Source: Octopus vulgaris
Lineage: Eukaryota
Reading direction: 5' to 3'
Length of the DNA stretch: 64,000 bases
Assembly: GCA_951406725.2 (NCBI GenBank)
Contig: OX597827.1
Coordinates: 32,736,001-32,800,000, forward strand
The position numbers and the translations under genes are program-made. Positions 51,619-64,000 of this stretch are shown here, one piece after another (position 1 is the stretch's first letter; each line of letters starts with the position of its first letter). The notes under the pieces are model-generated. The model saw nothing but the letters and a program-made list of their open reading frames with translations. It was not told where the DNA came from and made no database searches.

Positions 51619-53094
51619 CACACACACACACACACAAAGTACATGTATAAAAAAAGAAGTACAAAGTACAAAAATGAACAAAAAGTGATGACAAATTGAA
51701 TTTCCAAGTGTTGAAAATTTTGTAATTTTTTACACATTTTTTTGTTTTACAAAATTTACAAGAATTGTATTTTACTAAATCATTCAAAAATTTACATTGA
51801 AATATTAAAACAAAACAAAAAATAAATAAAAACAAAAAATACATTGTAAATATGAAAATTGAAATTATATGAATTTAAATCCAGAATTTATATATATTAT
51901 ACACAATTGATTTTAGCTTTAGTTAGTTTAATTTAAGTTTTTTTTTTTTTTATCTTTTGTTTTTTGTATCGTCGTTGTACTTGAATTTATCAAGGAAACA
52001 ACTGCCTGCCAAGAAACTTGGGAGATAAAATATACAAATTTGCCCTTTGTTTTTAGTTTTTTTTTTGGTGGGGGGAATCAATTAAAAAAAGAAGGAAGAA
52101 GGTTTTCTCTCAGCTATTTAAGGAGTAAGAAAAACAGTATAATTCATGTCAGGTGTCAGTAACTATGGTCCATGATTATTTCATTTTATCTAATTTTTAC
52201 TAAAAAAAGTTAGTAGTTTCTATTAAATAACAAGAGAGAGAGAGAGAGAGAGAGTACTATTAACTAACATAAAGCAGGTTGCCATCAGGTGAAAGAAAGA
52301 TACAATTTGAACCAGATAGGAAAAGGTGGATATGGGTGGCAGAACGGAACCTGCAGTCATATGATTCAAACAGCAATTTGATGTGAACTATTTGTGGCCT
52401 GCTACTTGTTCAGTTGCACATGAGAGCTAAATTTGGTTACTTCACTTATTATTACTATTATTATTATTATTACTATTATTATTCTATTATTATTAAAATT
52501 ATTATTAGTAGTAATATTAGTATTTTTAAAATAATCATTATTAGTAGTAGTATTAGTAATGTTCATGGTTTGGGAGAGAATATATCAGGAGGTTCCATTC
52601 TTGAAACAAGAATTTGGTAAATCTACAAAAGAACATGTAATGAAAGTGTTTGAAGCCAAGAGAGATGTTCAAGGTCAATAAAAATTTTCTAAGTATTCTT
52701 TACAGAAAACTAGTTAAATCAATAACTTTTGTGAGCATGTATATGCGTAAGTATGTGCATGTATATATGTATGAATACATACATGTTACTGTGTTTGTGG
52801 GAAAAAAGAAAGACAATAATGGTAATTGTTCTCTTGTGTTTTTAATGTCCACTTTTCCATACTTGCATGGATAAGACATAAATCGTTGGTGTAGATCTTC
52901 TATAGCCGAGTGCCCTTCATGTTGGCACTCCCCATTTGTTTCCAAGCAAGATAATGTTTCCCTATGACTGGACAAGTTTTCATAGAAAATTGGAAACAAA
53001 GAACACTGCTTGTAGCACAGTGGTACTTGTTTACAACAATCATGTGATATCAAGGCAAGAAAGCACAAACACATTCACATATACAAACATGTAA

Positions 53095-53139
<45 letters not shown>

Positions 53140-54417
53140 CACACATTGTATGTGTGTGGGCTTCTTTCAGTTTCTGTCTACTCACAAGGTTTTGATTGGC
53201 TCAGGACTATAGAAGGAACTTGCCCAAGGAATCAGACTGGGACCGAACCCAAAACCACAAACCCATGCCTAGATACAGGCATGACAACAATAAGCTAGGT
53301 TTACAGATACACAAAGCAACTGATAGTTCGAAAAGTAGGTTATGAGATATTCGTTATCTGGTGACAAGAGTTAATACCATATTGGTTATAAGCAAATTTG
53401 ATCACCGTTGGTCAGGGTTGCTTAGAAACAAAGAGTTATTTGTGTAAACTAGTTATCAAATATACACCTATAACAATCTAAATGTCTGTCTGTGTATCTA
53501 TCTATCATTGTATTGATCAAATTGCAGGAGGTTATTATATATGATGGTCACAGTGTGCTTCCTCACATTGTTGTAGTCTTTGAATGATGCCACTACACCG
53601 GCTAATTGGGCAACACCAACATTCCTCATAAATGGAATATCAATACACCACAGGGTTACCCATTTACATCTGTGTGTGCATGTCATTTTATGTACGACTA
53701 TATCACTGAGGCATTAGTAGCCAGGTATCTTTCCTATTGCTAACCCTTACCTATTTTTCAAGGAAGGACATCTTATTTCTTAAGTGTTCAATCGTACAAA
53801 GTGAGTGGTTTATTGTGTTGACAGCAAAAGCGACAATAGTAAACTATCCGAAACCTCACAACTTTCATGCACCATAAATTTCAATCATTTGAACTGACCT
53901 AATGTTACGCCAATGTTATTTGTTAAATCAATAAGACCAATGATTCCACACCCTTTCATGACCTAGCAGCCTCTTTCACAGCCTTCTTTTACAAAGGCAC
54001 AAAAAAAACAAAAAAACTTGAAGCTAACTTTGTGCAAAGGTTTCTTGCATAATATTTCTTATACTAACCTATCCAGAAATGCCTCTATCTAGATATTTCC
54101 AAAGACTAAAAGGAGATCCTTCCCGAGTCATATTTCCCAATTTCTGTGGCATATATACTCACTTCCTGGACAGGATGCTGGTCAGTCACAGGATTGCTCA
54201 TGTTTGCCAGCTGAGTGAACTGGAGCAATGTGAAACAAAGTGTTTTGCTCAAGAACATATGTTGCTCAGCCATGGAATTGAAACCACAATCTTATGATCA
54301 TAAGTCCAACACTTCAACCACTAAGCCATGCACCTTGAAAGACTAGTTAACTTTTTAAAAAAATTTTTTTATGCAAAGTACTAATGTATTTCACAAACTT
54401 ACAGAAGCAGTAGGGTG

Positions 54418-54458
<41 letters not shown>

Positions 54459-54475
54459 ATATATATGCAAATAGT

Positions 54476-54814
54476 TTTGTTATATTGTGCCGAGTTTTAC
54501 AATCCTGTAAATAATAATAATGGTATTTTATAAGCTTAGAGCTTATAGCAATCATCATGCAATAACTAAGGAAAATAGTCTAATAATGGGGCATATAGGC
54601 CCTCGGCAGAAAAAAAACTAGGCTTTCCCATCCACATGGGACTTGAACCCACTTCCCTTTGTTAACATGACTAAGTGCGTTACCATTACACCAGCAAATT
54701 AGCCTCCCTGATTCTATCAAATTTAAGAACTATATTAGTTTGTAGTTGTTTTTTGTAAACAAACTTCTATGTGCTTTCGGTGTGAATGGCTTTGTTATAT
54801 GGTGCTGAGTTTTA
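54476..54814 (-). mobile_element. tRNA-like repeat between 24-bp direct repeats
   Basis: Minus strand TGGTGTAATGG A-box and GGTTCAAGTCC B-box; TTTGTTATAT(T/G)GTGC(C/T)GAGTTTTA at 54476-54499 and 54791-54814. Confidence 0.55.
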
Positions 54815-56022
54815 TGTAACAGAATTACATTGGACTGTGACGCATCAGCAATCATGCTTTTTCTGCTCATTGAAAACACAATATTCTACTCATATTTTAT
54901 TTCTGATAAAAATACCAACATCAGCACCAAGCAGTGGTTAGGAATAAATGAACTCTAGGTTAGGTAAAATCTTTGTGACATATTTCTAAAGGCAAATTTG
55001 CTGCAATTACCAAGGAGAAAAAAAAAATTCTCTCTTAAGGAGCCTGATAAAAATATTCTTGAAAATATATTTAAAATATATGTATTGTACCAGATCTGAA
55101 TGTTTTATTTCTAAGAAAAGTTACCACTCTTAAATTCCCACTGATCCCCCACCCCCACAACATCTTCCCTTTGACATTTACTGCCTTCTTCTGAATGCAC
55201 AATTATCCCCAAGGGGGTGATATCATATCATGTATGTTAAGCAACCTAAACCAGATGAAGCAAATTAATGTGAGTTTGCTTTAATTAAAAAAATTTTTCT
55301 TTTTTAAGTTTTAATGAGTCATATTAATGTTAACCTTGTAGAGAACTGGTGCAAAATCATTAAAAATGAAATCCATGGTACTTAAGAGCTTAATTTAAAA
55401 CAGATTGTTAAACTCTAACATGTTATTACATTGCAGAAAATCCAAGTGGGACAGATTTGCATGTATGTACACGGCTGGCTAAAACAATCACATTAAACCA
55501 ACATATTTAGAATAAAAACTAAAAGCAGAAAAGCTTCAATTTCATACTCTGTTTTCAACAGCTGTTTCATTATGATAAACATTATTAATTCTATACTTAT
55601 ATAATTATGATACATATTTAAGGAGTATTATGCATTGTCTTTTTTATACTACATACAATATAACTAATTATTTATAATTAGTTGTTAAATAAAAATATTA
55701 ATAAATGGATAAATAAAAAAAATATAAATTTCTTTTTTCATAAATTTAGCAAGGATGGAAGAGTAGTGAGTATGACTTTTGCAGGCCCTTCTCTCTCCCA
55801 CACCACCACCTTTAGTGAGATTGAATGATGTGGCTGTGATGGCCACCTGGACATCTACAGAGGGGAATGTGCTATGGGAAAGAAAAAGGAAGGGACCTGA
55901 GGGCAATGCAAGGTCCAAATGTTTGCAACAGAGTGAACTCTGTTAAAGGCCCTTAAGGATCTAATGATGGTGGTAGTGGTTTTAAATTGGGTTGAGGATT
56001 GGACCAAGTGGATATGTAATAT

Positions 56023-56074
<52 letters not shown>

Positions 56075-56156
56075 ATGAACATTCTGTTTTATGGTTATAC
56101 TTGTAAGCATGCAGGTCTAATGTATATAAATTTGATTTTTTAAATCATGGCTTTCC

Positions 56157-56192
<36 letters not shown>

Positions 56193-57665
56193 CAGAAGAT
56201 GAAGAAAAGCAGGAAGTTGGCCCTCTCCTTGGAGCAAAAACTAGAAAAAAAGTTTCTGAGATTTTGTATTTTTTGGTTTATTTACGTATATTTTTTAAAC
56301 ATTTTTGTTTTTCATTTTTATTTCACATGAATTTTTTTTTTTATATTTGTTTGGCACAAATCTCTGCTGGAACATTAATTTTTATCTTCCTGTATGACAG
56401 TACCACACTGGACCACATCAATTATCCAGTCATGAAACACATGGTATCATAGAAATCGTACTAACCTTGTTCACATTCATTTTTGAAGGAAGTGAGAAAC
56501 TCTCTAATGTCAAGGGAAAAAAACTGATTCCTTCCTCTATCATTCCATTTCTGTTCTGTAATGTAATCTTTACACGACTGTGCTTTAGATTTAGACAATT
56601 TTCAACAAAATTTCAAGAATTAATTTTCAGCACAACAACAATACTATATTACAACATACTGCACCATCTGGCTCCACTCTGGCTAGCACCACCAGTACCA
56701 TATTTTACCCTACAACAATCATAATTTATATAGCAGCTACATGGCAGTACAAATGCTGTATCTAAAACAACAAAACCTCACATGGTTATATGATGCTACA
56801 TGAAGTGCACAATTGCTATTACCACTAAGACAGCAGTTAGCAGGGCTCACTAACACCACATGGAATTACAAATGGTCTGTAGCTAAAGCTTTCACTACAT
56901 GGTGCTAAAAACAACATATTTCTACAAGCAAATGAGGAAGCCTCTAACTACATGGCTGCCAGAGCTGCAAGAAATAAGAGCCAAATCTCCTTAAAATTGA
57001 CACTCTACCCATCTCTAAATGAGGATGGACACATTGGCTATATGCCTGAAACAGTACAAGAGCTGGCCTTGGTTTGGAGCCATGGCTGTGAACACCATCA
57101 ACACAACACTATAGCCCTCTAATATAACATCACAAAATAACTACCACTGCCGTGGTAGATAAGGTAGCACCATGCACATACATGCAGATACTAGGATTGC
57201 AAAGGTAACACAAGACAGTGGAGATATCACACACGAGGATATCATCTTCACTTAGTACTAGTGCTTTGTTTGTTTTGCCAAGATATCGCTGTGTATCTTT
57301 ATATAATGATAATAATAATAATAATATACAGAGTTTGTCTCAAAATAAAATATTAGAAATTTTTGAATCACAATTAGATGAAGGAAAAAAATAGTCATTT
57401 TGGTGAGTGGTGTGTGATAAACATATATATTGTGGGATATTCTATGTACATGCATCAGAATGAAAGTATATATATACACACACACACACATATATACACA
57501 CACACATATACATGCATACAGATACATAAACGAACATGTATGTAATTTATGTGTAATTATGCATATAAGCAGTCAAGCATGAGAATATGAAAATTTATAT
57601 AGAAAAAATGTGTAATATACACATGTATATGTGCAAAATATATATATATATATACATTATACATA

Positions 57666-57724
<59 letters not shown>

Positions 57725-58211
57725 CATAAATATATGAGTAAGTTTGCATAAATATGTACATGAGTATGTGAACATGAAAATGAGTATTTTATGAACAAAT
57801 ATATATGAGAGTGTGTGTTATATGCATATGGAACATATTTAGGAAGATTTCACAGACAGACAAAATAAAAAAAAGGAGGGAAAAGCAAGTAGGCATTACT
57901 CACACACACACACCTCCCTACCAGACCAATCTGGTCCATTGGAAGTGCTTGTTTTGCCAAAACACTTAACATTGCCAAACAAACGAGGGAAGCATTATAT
58001 AAACAGGACAATGTGTTAGAAATAACAACCAAATCTCTCTCAAACTTTACTATACCATCTTAGAAATTGAGCGATAAAGTTTCTAGTTTAGGAATAATGA
58101 TGGGGAAGAGGTTCACATCTGAGACACTTTTTGTCATAAATCTGTTCAATCAGAACTGACAGGTGAGGGAAAAGCAACAAGAATGGTGAGGAAGTCAACT
58201 CCTGATGTTTG

Positions 58212-58246
<35 letters not shown>

Positions 58247-58478
58247 AGCATTTTTGATATCTTATGATATTCCATATAATATATTCATTGAAGAATTATC
58301 TCTTCAAAATTTAATGTATTAGACCAGTGTATCTTGGATAAATATCCCCATAAGAGATTTAAATATCCTCATTGTAACTATATATACATATATATTCACA
58401 AATACATGTATATGCATACATATATTTACATAAACAGTCATTATTATCATGCAATGTCTGTCCTCCATGCTGGTATTC

Positions 58479-58509
<31 letters not shown>

Positions 58510-58762
58510 TATATGACACGTAAAAAGCACCAACAGATTGTGGCCGTTTGCCAGCCTCCTCTGGCCCCTGTAAAAAGCACCCACTACACTCACGGAGTGG
58601 TTGGCATGAGGAAGGGCATCCAGCTGCAGAAACACTGCCAGATCAGACTGGAGCCTTCCCAGACCCCGGTCGAATTGTCCAACCCATGCTAGCATGGAAA
58701 ATGGATGTTAAACGATGATGATGATGAGATATATATATATATTCACAAATACATGTATATCG

Positions 58763-58813
<51 letters not shown>

Positions 58814-59764
58814 GCTAGGGTCACATGAGGTTTTTAGGTGGTATGAATGGGGAGGTTTACATATGAGTGGTCTCATGCTGAATAGGTTGAGGCCAACAAG
58901 CTAATAATAGACCAGTGTGATAGTCGTAGTCTCTACTGCCTCCCACAAGGCACACATAAACACGTAAACCTTAGAACAGACACATTCCCAAGTATCCAAT
59001 CTATTTGAGAGCTGACTGTCTTTCGGTGACCCAATACAGTCTTGGAATGACATCAGATGACAGGAAATGGAGTCATGCAAATTTAGTTGTTGTGTGGCAT
59101 TGTGGCAACACATATATTTCAATGTGACGCAAGTTTTTTTTTTTCACATTATGTACACACACAAATATAGATACACTCACATATATATATATATATATAT
59201 ATATGTGGGGGGGGGGGTGAATGTTGCAGAAATGGTCCACATGAATGGGCCTACTCTAAGTATGTGCCTGTAGGTTGAAAGAGGACAATGTAGAAAGGCA
59301 CTTGCCCTAGCGGTCACAGTGACTATGGTTTCCTTGAGCAGCCCTAAAATTTCTCCCTCTTTTGGGGAACTTTTTGTGGTTGAAATTATTTTGCTATCAT
59401 CTTCACTGATCACATGTTTCATCATCATCATCGTTTAACGTCCGTTTTTATGTAATCCCACATTTTACTATCCTGCACCATCCCCAATATTTTCCATAAA
59501 CTCTTAGTGGTTAATAAAGAAAACATTATTATTATTGTTGTTGTTGTTATGGCAAACTGGCAGAACCTTTAGGACACCTGACAAAATACTTAGGAACATT
59601 TTTTCCAAGTTTTTATATTTTGAGTTCAAATTCTGCCAAGGTCGACTTTGCCTTTGATCCTTTTGGGGGTCGGTAAAATAAGTACTAAGGTCAATGTAAT
59701 TCACTTCCCCACTTCTCAAAAACTGCTGGTCCTGTACCAAACTTTGTAACCATTATTATTATTA

Positions 59765-60042
59765 TTTATTGTCTTTACACAGCTTCTGATGCTGGAGATG
59801 TGTTACAGTGTCAGCTGTTCACCACCAGTGGACTAAGGTAACACCCCTTATTCTTCGAGCAGTTCCAAGAAGTGCTATTTTCTGCAAGTGCTCCACCCTT
59901 ATTGTAACCCCTATTTGTTTCATGTACATCTCAAGATTTTTACTCACTGTTCCCAGGGCTCCGACAGCTATTGGTACTACTACCACCTTTTCCATCGACC
60001 ACAACTGCTTAACCTCCCAAGCTAACCTGTCATATCTATCGA
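59765..60042 (-). mobile_element. R4/Dong-like 3' end
   Basis: LWSMEKVVVVPIAVGALGTV...LQKIALLGTARRIRG, the RLE-domain C-terminus; ends in (TAA)n. Confidence 0.85.
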
Positions 60043-62608
60043 CTTATTATTATTATCATCATCATCATTTTAATGTCTACTTTTCCATGCATGCATGGGT
60101 TGGACAAAGCTTACTGAAGCAGATTTTCTATGGCAAGAAGCCCTTCCTGTTGCCAATCCTTACTTGTTTCCAAGTAAGGTAATATTTCCCCCGAGGCCAC
60201 AAGACATATTTTTCACAGAATACTGGAAAGGAACAAGTGACACTCATTTACAACTATCACACAATGTCAAGACAAGGATACACACACACACATGTACAAC
60301 AGGCTTCTGTCAACTTCTGTCTTCCAAATTCACTCGTAAGGCTTTGGCTGGTTTGGGGCTATAGTAGAAAGCACTTGCCCAAGGTACCTTGCAGTGGGAC
60401 TGAACCTGAAACCATGAATTTGGGAAGCAAACTTACATCATTTTAACGTTATGTCTACTTCCCATGCTGACATGGCTAGGATGGTTTGACAGGATTCAAC
60501 ATGCCAGAGAACCTTGTCTTCCAACAATGTCTTATTTTTTGGCATGGTTTTTTTTTTTAAAGTCAGATGCGATCCCTAACACCAACCACTCTACGGTGTA
60601 TTGGATGCGAGATATGGCACCAGCACTGTTGGAGGTCGCATTACAGCTTGCAGAGAAAAAGAGAGAGAGAGAAATATATTCATATGCAAATCAAAATAGG
60701 GGTCGAAACTGGATGTGGTTCCTCCTGATGATGTCTTGAGTTAACTGGATCCTATAAAGGAGCTGTTGTGGGAGCAGACCACGAAACATGGTTGAAATTC
60801 TTCCTGCAAGTTTTCTGTTTATGTAATGAAGAAGAGAGCAAGGCTTTGGAGACTGGTATTAATGGTAATGTATAATGTTCCTAAAACTATGCAAAAGACA
60901 GACAGACAGACAAACACATACACAAACAACACACACGTTTATACATGTGTAAAAAAAAAACAGGTAAAGAATTGAAGATTGAAGTCTGTCTGATAATTGT
61001 TAATTTACCTATCCACACTTGGAAGGTTCTTTGAACATGAAACCATCCAGTAACATGAATTGGCTGTTATGAGACTAAATTCATAATATTTTGTGTGTGT
61101 ATATATATCCAAACACACACACACACACTAAAAGGTAGATTGAATATTTACTTCATACAACTGCCAAGATGAAAAATTAAAACAATAAATATATCAAATA
61201 AATACAAATATAAAAGAAAAAAAATTCGCCTTATTTGGAGCAAATTTGTACAAATGCTGTAGAAGACACAGCTTCATAAATATCTTATTTTTTACATCAT
61301 TATACTTTGCAAAGGTAGCATATTGAATTCCTAAGTTTGATGGCGTAATTAACTCTCGTTACCAATTTGGTTAATGCTTCAGAAGCTTTCTGGGGTTTAG
61401 AAATGGCATTTATTGAAGAATAAAGCAGTAAAACAACTAAAAACATGGCACCAAGATGCATATCCAAATCTGTGCCACCACATAGAATGGAGGTGATGAG
61501 GAAGAAAAAAATGTTGCTCTTTCTACAAGTATAATTTTAAATTAGAAATCTTTTACAAAATTGTGTAAGATAAATGATGTTTTTAAAATTATTTGGTCAA
61601 ATTTCTTAAGATTACTTATTATTAATTGTAACAAAACAATAATCAAAAAAGAAATCCGAAAATTTGAAATGGTTCCTTCAGATTGTGTGGTGAAGCCCTA
61701 AGCTTGTTAAACATATGCCCTAAGTCCAGCCTAATCCTATTTCCTTATCAAATCTCAATTTATAAATACAGCCTCCTCAGTCAGAGATAAATTTGGAGAG
61801 AATGGTTAATTACTTAATAATATAAATTCTAACAAAACTGTTCTGAATGCAAAAAAAAAAAAAAAAAATGAGAATTTGATTGGTTTTTTTTCAGGTTGTA
61901 AGATAAGGTCAAGATTGTGAAGCAGGCCCCTCCCCAGTTTGTAGTTGGTTAGCATATAACCCTCTATCTTATTTCTTTATCAAACCCTAATTCATAAAGA
62001 GAACAAGGCTGCAAAGAGGCCTGGTTGAGGACACTAATTGTTTTATTAAGTGCCCTGTAGTGTCACTGAAAATTGTGCATTAGGATTTTCAAATCCATCC
62101 ATAACCACTACCACTACATTGTTAGATATAACACCTGATGGTTCCACTTCTGGGCCATTTTTTGCTAATTGCACTTCAGCCTCAAAGAGCTAAGAAATAG
62201 AAGATTGTTATGAATGAAACGTGTGAACCAAGTAAAATTCTAAAACAAAAAAAAACAACAACAAAAATTTTTTTTGAGGCTCCTAACAAGAAGAATGGGG
62301 GAAGATAGCTTTATAAAATAAAATTAAATATTGTTTTTTAAATAATGCTTTCAAATTATAAATCAAAAAAGGGTAACAAACAAAAAAATGTATATATATT
62401 CCTGAGGACAAACAAAAACAAAAAAAAATGTGAAGAAACTCTTCATACTCTGCTCAACTTCAAATAAAAACATTTATCTTTGTTGAGGTTGAAAATAAAA
62501 TAAATAAAAAACAAAAGCAACAACATCTACACCATAAACATACACACACACATATATATATATATATATACACACATGTATTCCATATATTCTTGAAGAG
62601 CATATTTA

Positions 62609-63155
62609 TGAGGTCTGATCCAAAAGTATCAGAACTGGTGTGATGGTAACAGAACTAAAGAACACAGAGTAAAGCCATTTAATACAGATGAACCTTCAAC
62701 TCTGTGACGCATGCACACACTAAGTGACAATGTTGCCCACTCACTTCTGTTTGTTCATAGCAGTGCCTGGAAGTGAAGTGTGTAGAATGCTGGTCGTCTC
62801 AAAAAGAGGAATGGGTTTCAGCAGCAGCACAGGATCTCTTTTATTGCATGGAGGAAGACAAAAGACTTTTTGAGAATGGTCAGAACAGGTGATGAATTGT
62901 GCGTCTGTGGCTACGACCTCAAAACCAAAATCAAATCCCAATTGAAAGGAACAAGATTTGAAGATGGCAAGGAAATCCACGAGAATGCAACGAGGCAACA
63001 GCTTGCTATCCCAAAAATGGAGTTCAAGGAATGCTTCCATCGATGGAAACAATGTGACTTCAGACAAGGACTACTTTGAAGGAGATTAAATAAATTGATG
63101 TGTATTGTAGCTTTCTTTTATAGCACCAGAACTGAAATTCTTTGATCAGATCTCA
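62609..63155 (+). mobile_element. Internally deleted mariner element
   Basis: TA|TGAGGTCTGATCCAAAAG ... TTTGATCAGATCTCA|TA TIRs; encodes KIKSQLKGTRFED...FKECFHRWK..GDYFEGD, the mariner C-terminus. Confidence 0.85.
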
Positions 63156-63176
63156 TACATACACACTCAAATAGCT

Positions 63177-63276
<100 letters not shown>

Positions 63277-63590
63277 ATAGATAGATAAATACATAGATAG
63301 AAGATAGGCAAATAGATGGAAACATGCACACACACACACTACATATATATATATATATGTAAATGAAGCACATCTGCATATTTCAGTTCTCCAAGTATAT
63401 GTCTGTAGGCTTTACGATCCATATAAAAGTAATATTTTTTATTCTCCAGCTGATGGATGACCAATGGCAGATTTATTCTATGTTTTCCTACAAGTATAGC
63501 AATGTGACTCCAATAGGTAAAGAAACACATGTAATATGGAATACACAATACCAAAATTTTCCAGTTTTCTGTTTTTATATATGTATACAC

Positions 63591-63912
63591 ATTCTGTTGT
63601 GTCTGGGGAATCATTCTTTTTAAGTGCCTTATAATTTAAAACACTCACTGGTAAAATTTCCACTTATTTCCTACTTTATTTTTCTAAAATTTTCGTTGTA
63701 TCTTGCAACCTTTTCAATAGTTTTGATTCTCTTGAAAAGGCTGCAAGATGCAACGAAAATTTTAGAAAAATAAAAAAAGAAATAAGTGGCAATTTTACCA
63801 GTGAGTGTGTTAAATAATAAGGAACTAAAAGAGAATGAATCTCCCTAGACACAACAGAATATGCTTCAACACACAAACTCTCACAAACCAAATCCAAAAA
63901 TGGAATATATAT
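63591..63912. mobile_element. TA-flanked fold-back element, copy 2
   Basis: ~127-bp inverted arms (63591-63717 / 63731-63860) with a short spacer; homologous to 25054-25335. Confidence 0.8.
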
Positions 63913-64000
63913 AGTTTTGATGAAGCAATGGCTGATAAATAGAAATGCTTAAATTTTTTTTTAAAGCCAAACTAATGCCTTGTTTTGGCTTAAACAAAAC

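Noticed and set aside
54625-54695. Functional tRNA gene (also the SINE heads)
   Set aside because: A and B boxes are present, but no consistent cloverleaf or acceptor stem could be drawn.

Overview
Eukaryotic, AT-rich, repeat-saturated DNA: (TA)n/(CA)n/(TAA)n/(GA)n microsatellites, several tRNA-derived SINE families and LINE/DNA-transposon fossils. It looks like a cephalopod (Octopus-like) genome; that taxon call is inference. Only one convincing host coding segment is visible, a 280-aa ORF in a single exon (28004-28846, +) of unknown function, with a possible CpG-rich promoter region near 16.7 kb. Most other ORFs in the track are microsatellite artefacts or decayed transposon coding sequence (mariner, R4/Dong-like, RTE, CR1, Helitron). 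The most interesting signal is a set of hammerhead-ribozyme (HHR) motifs, CUGANGA...GAAAC...GUH. They sit in short (TA)n-flanked elements that are often folded back into head-to-head palindromes and resemble Penelope-like pseudo-LTR/retrozyme elements. Also notable: R4/Dong-like 3' ends repeatedly sit antiparallel in the (TTA)n tails of one SINE family, and several MITEs with intact TSDs carry nested insertions. All structures were read by eye and none was computed; most boundaries are approximate.
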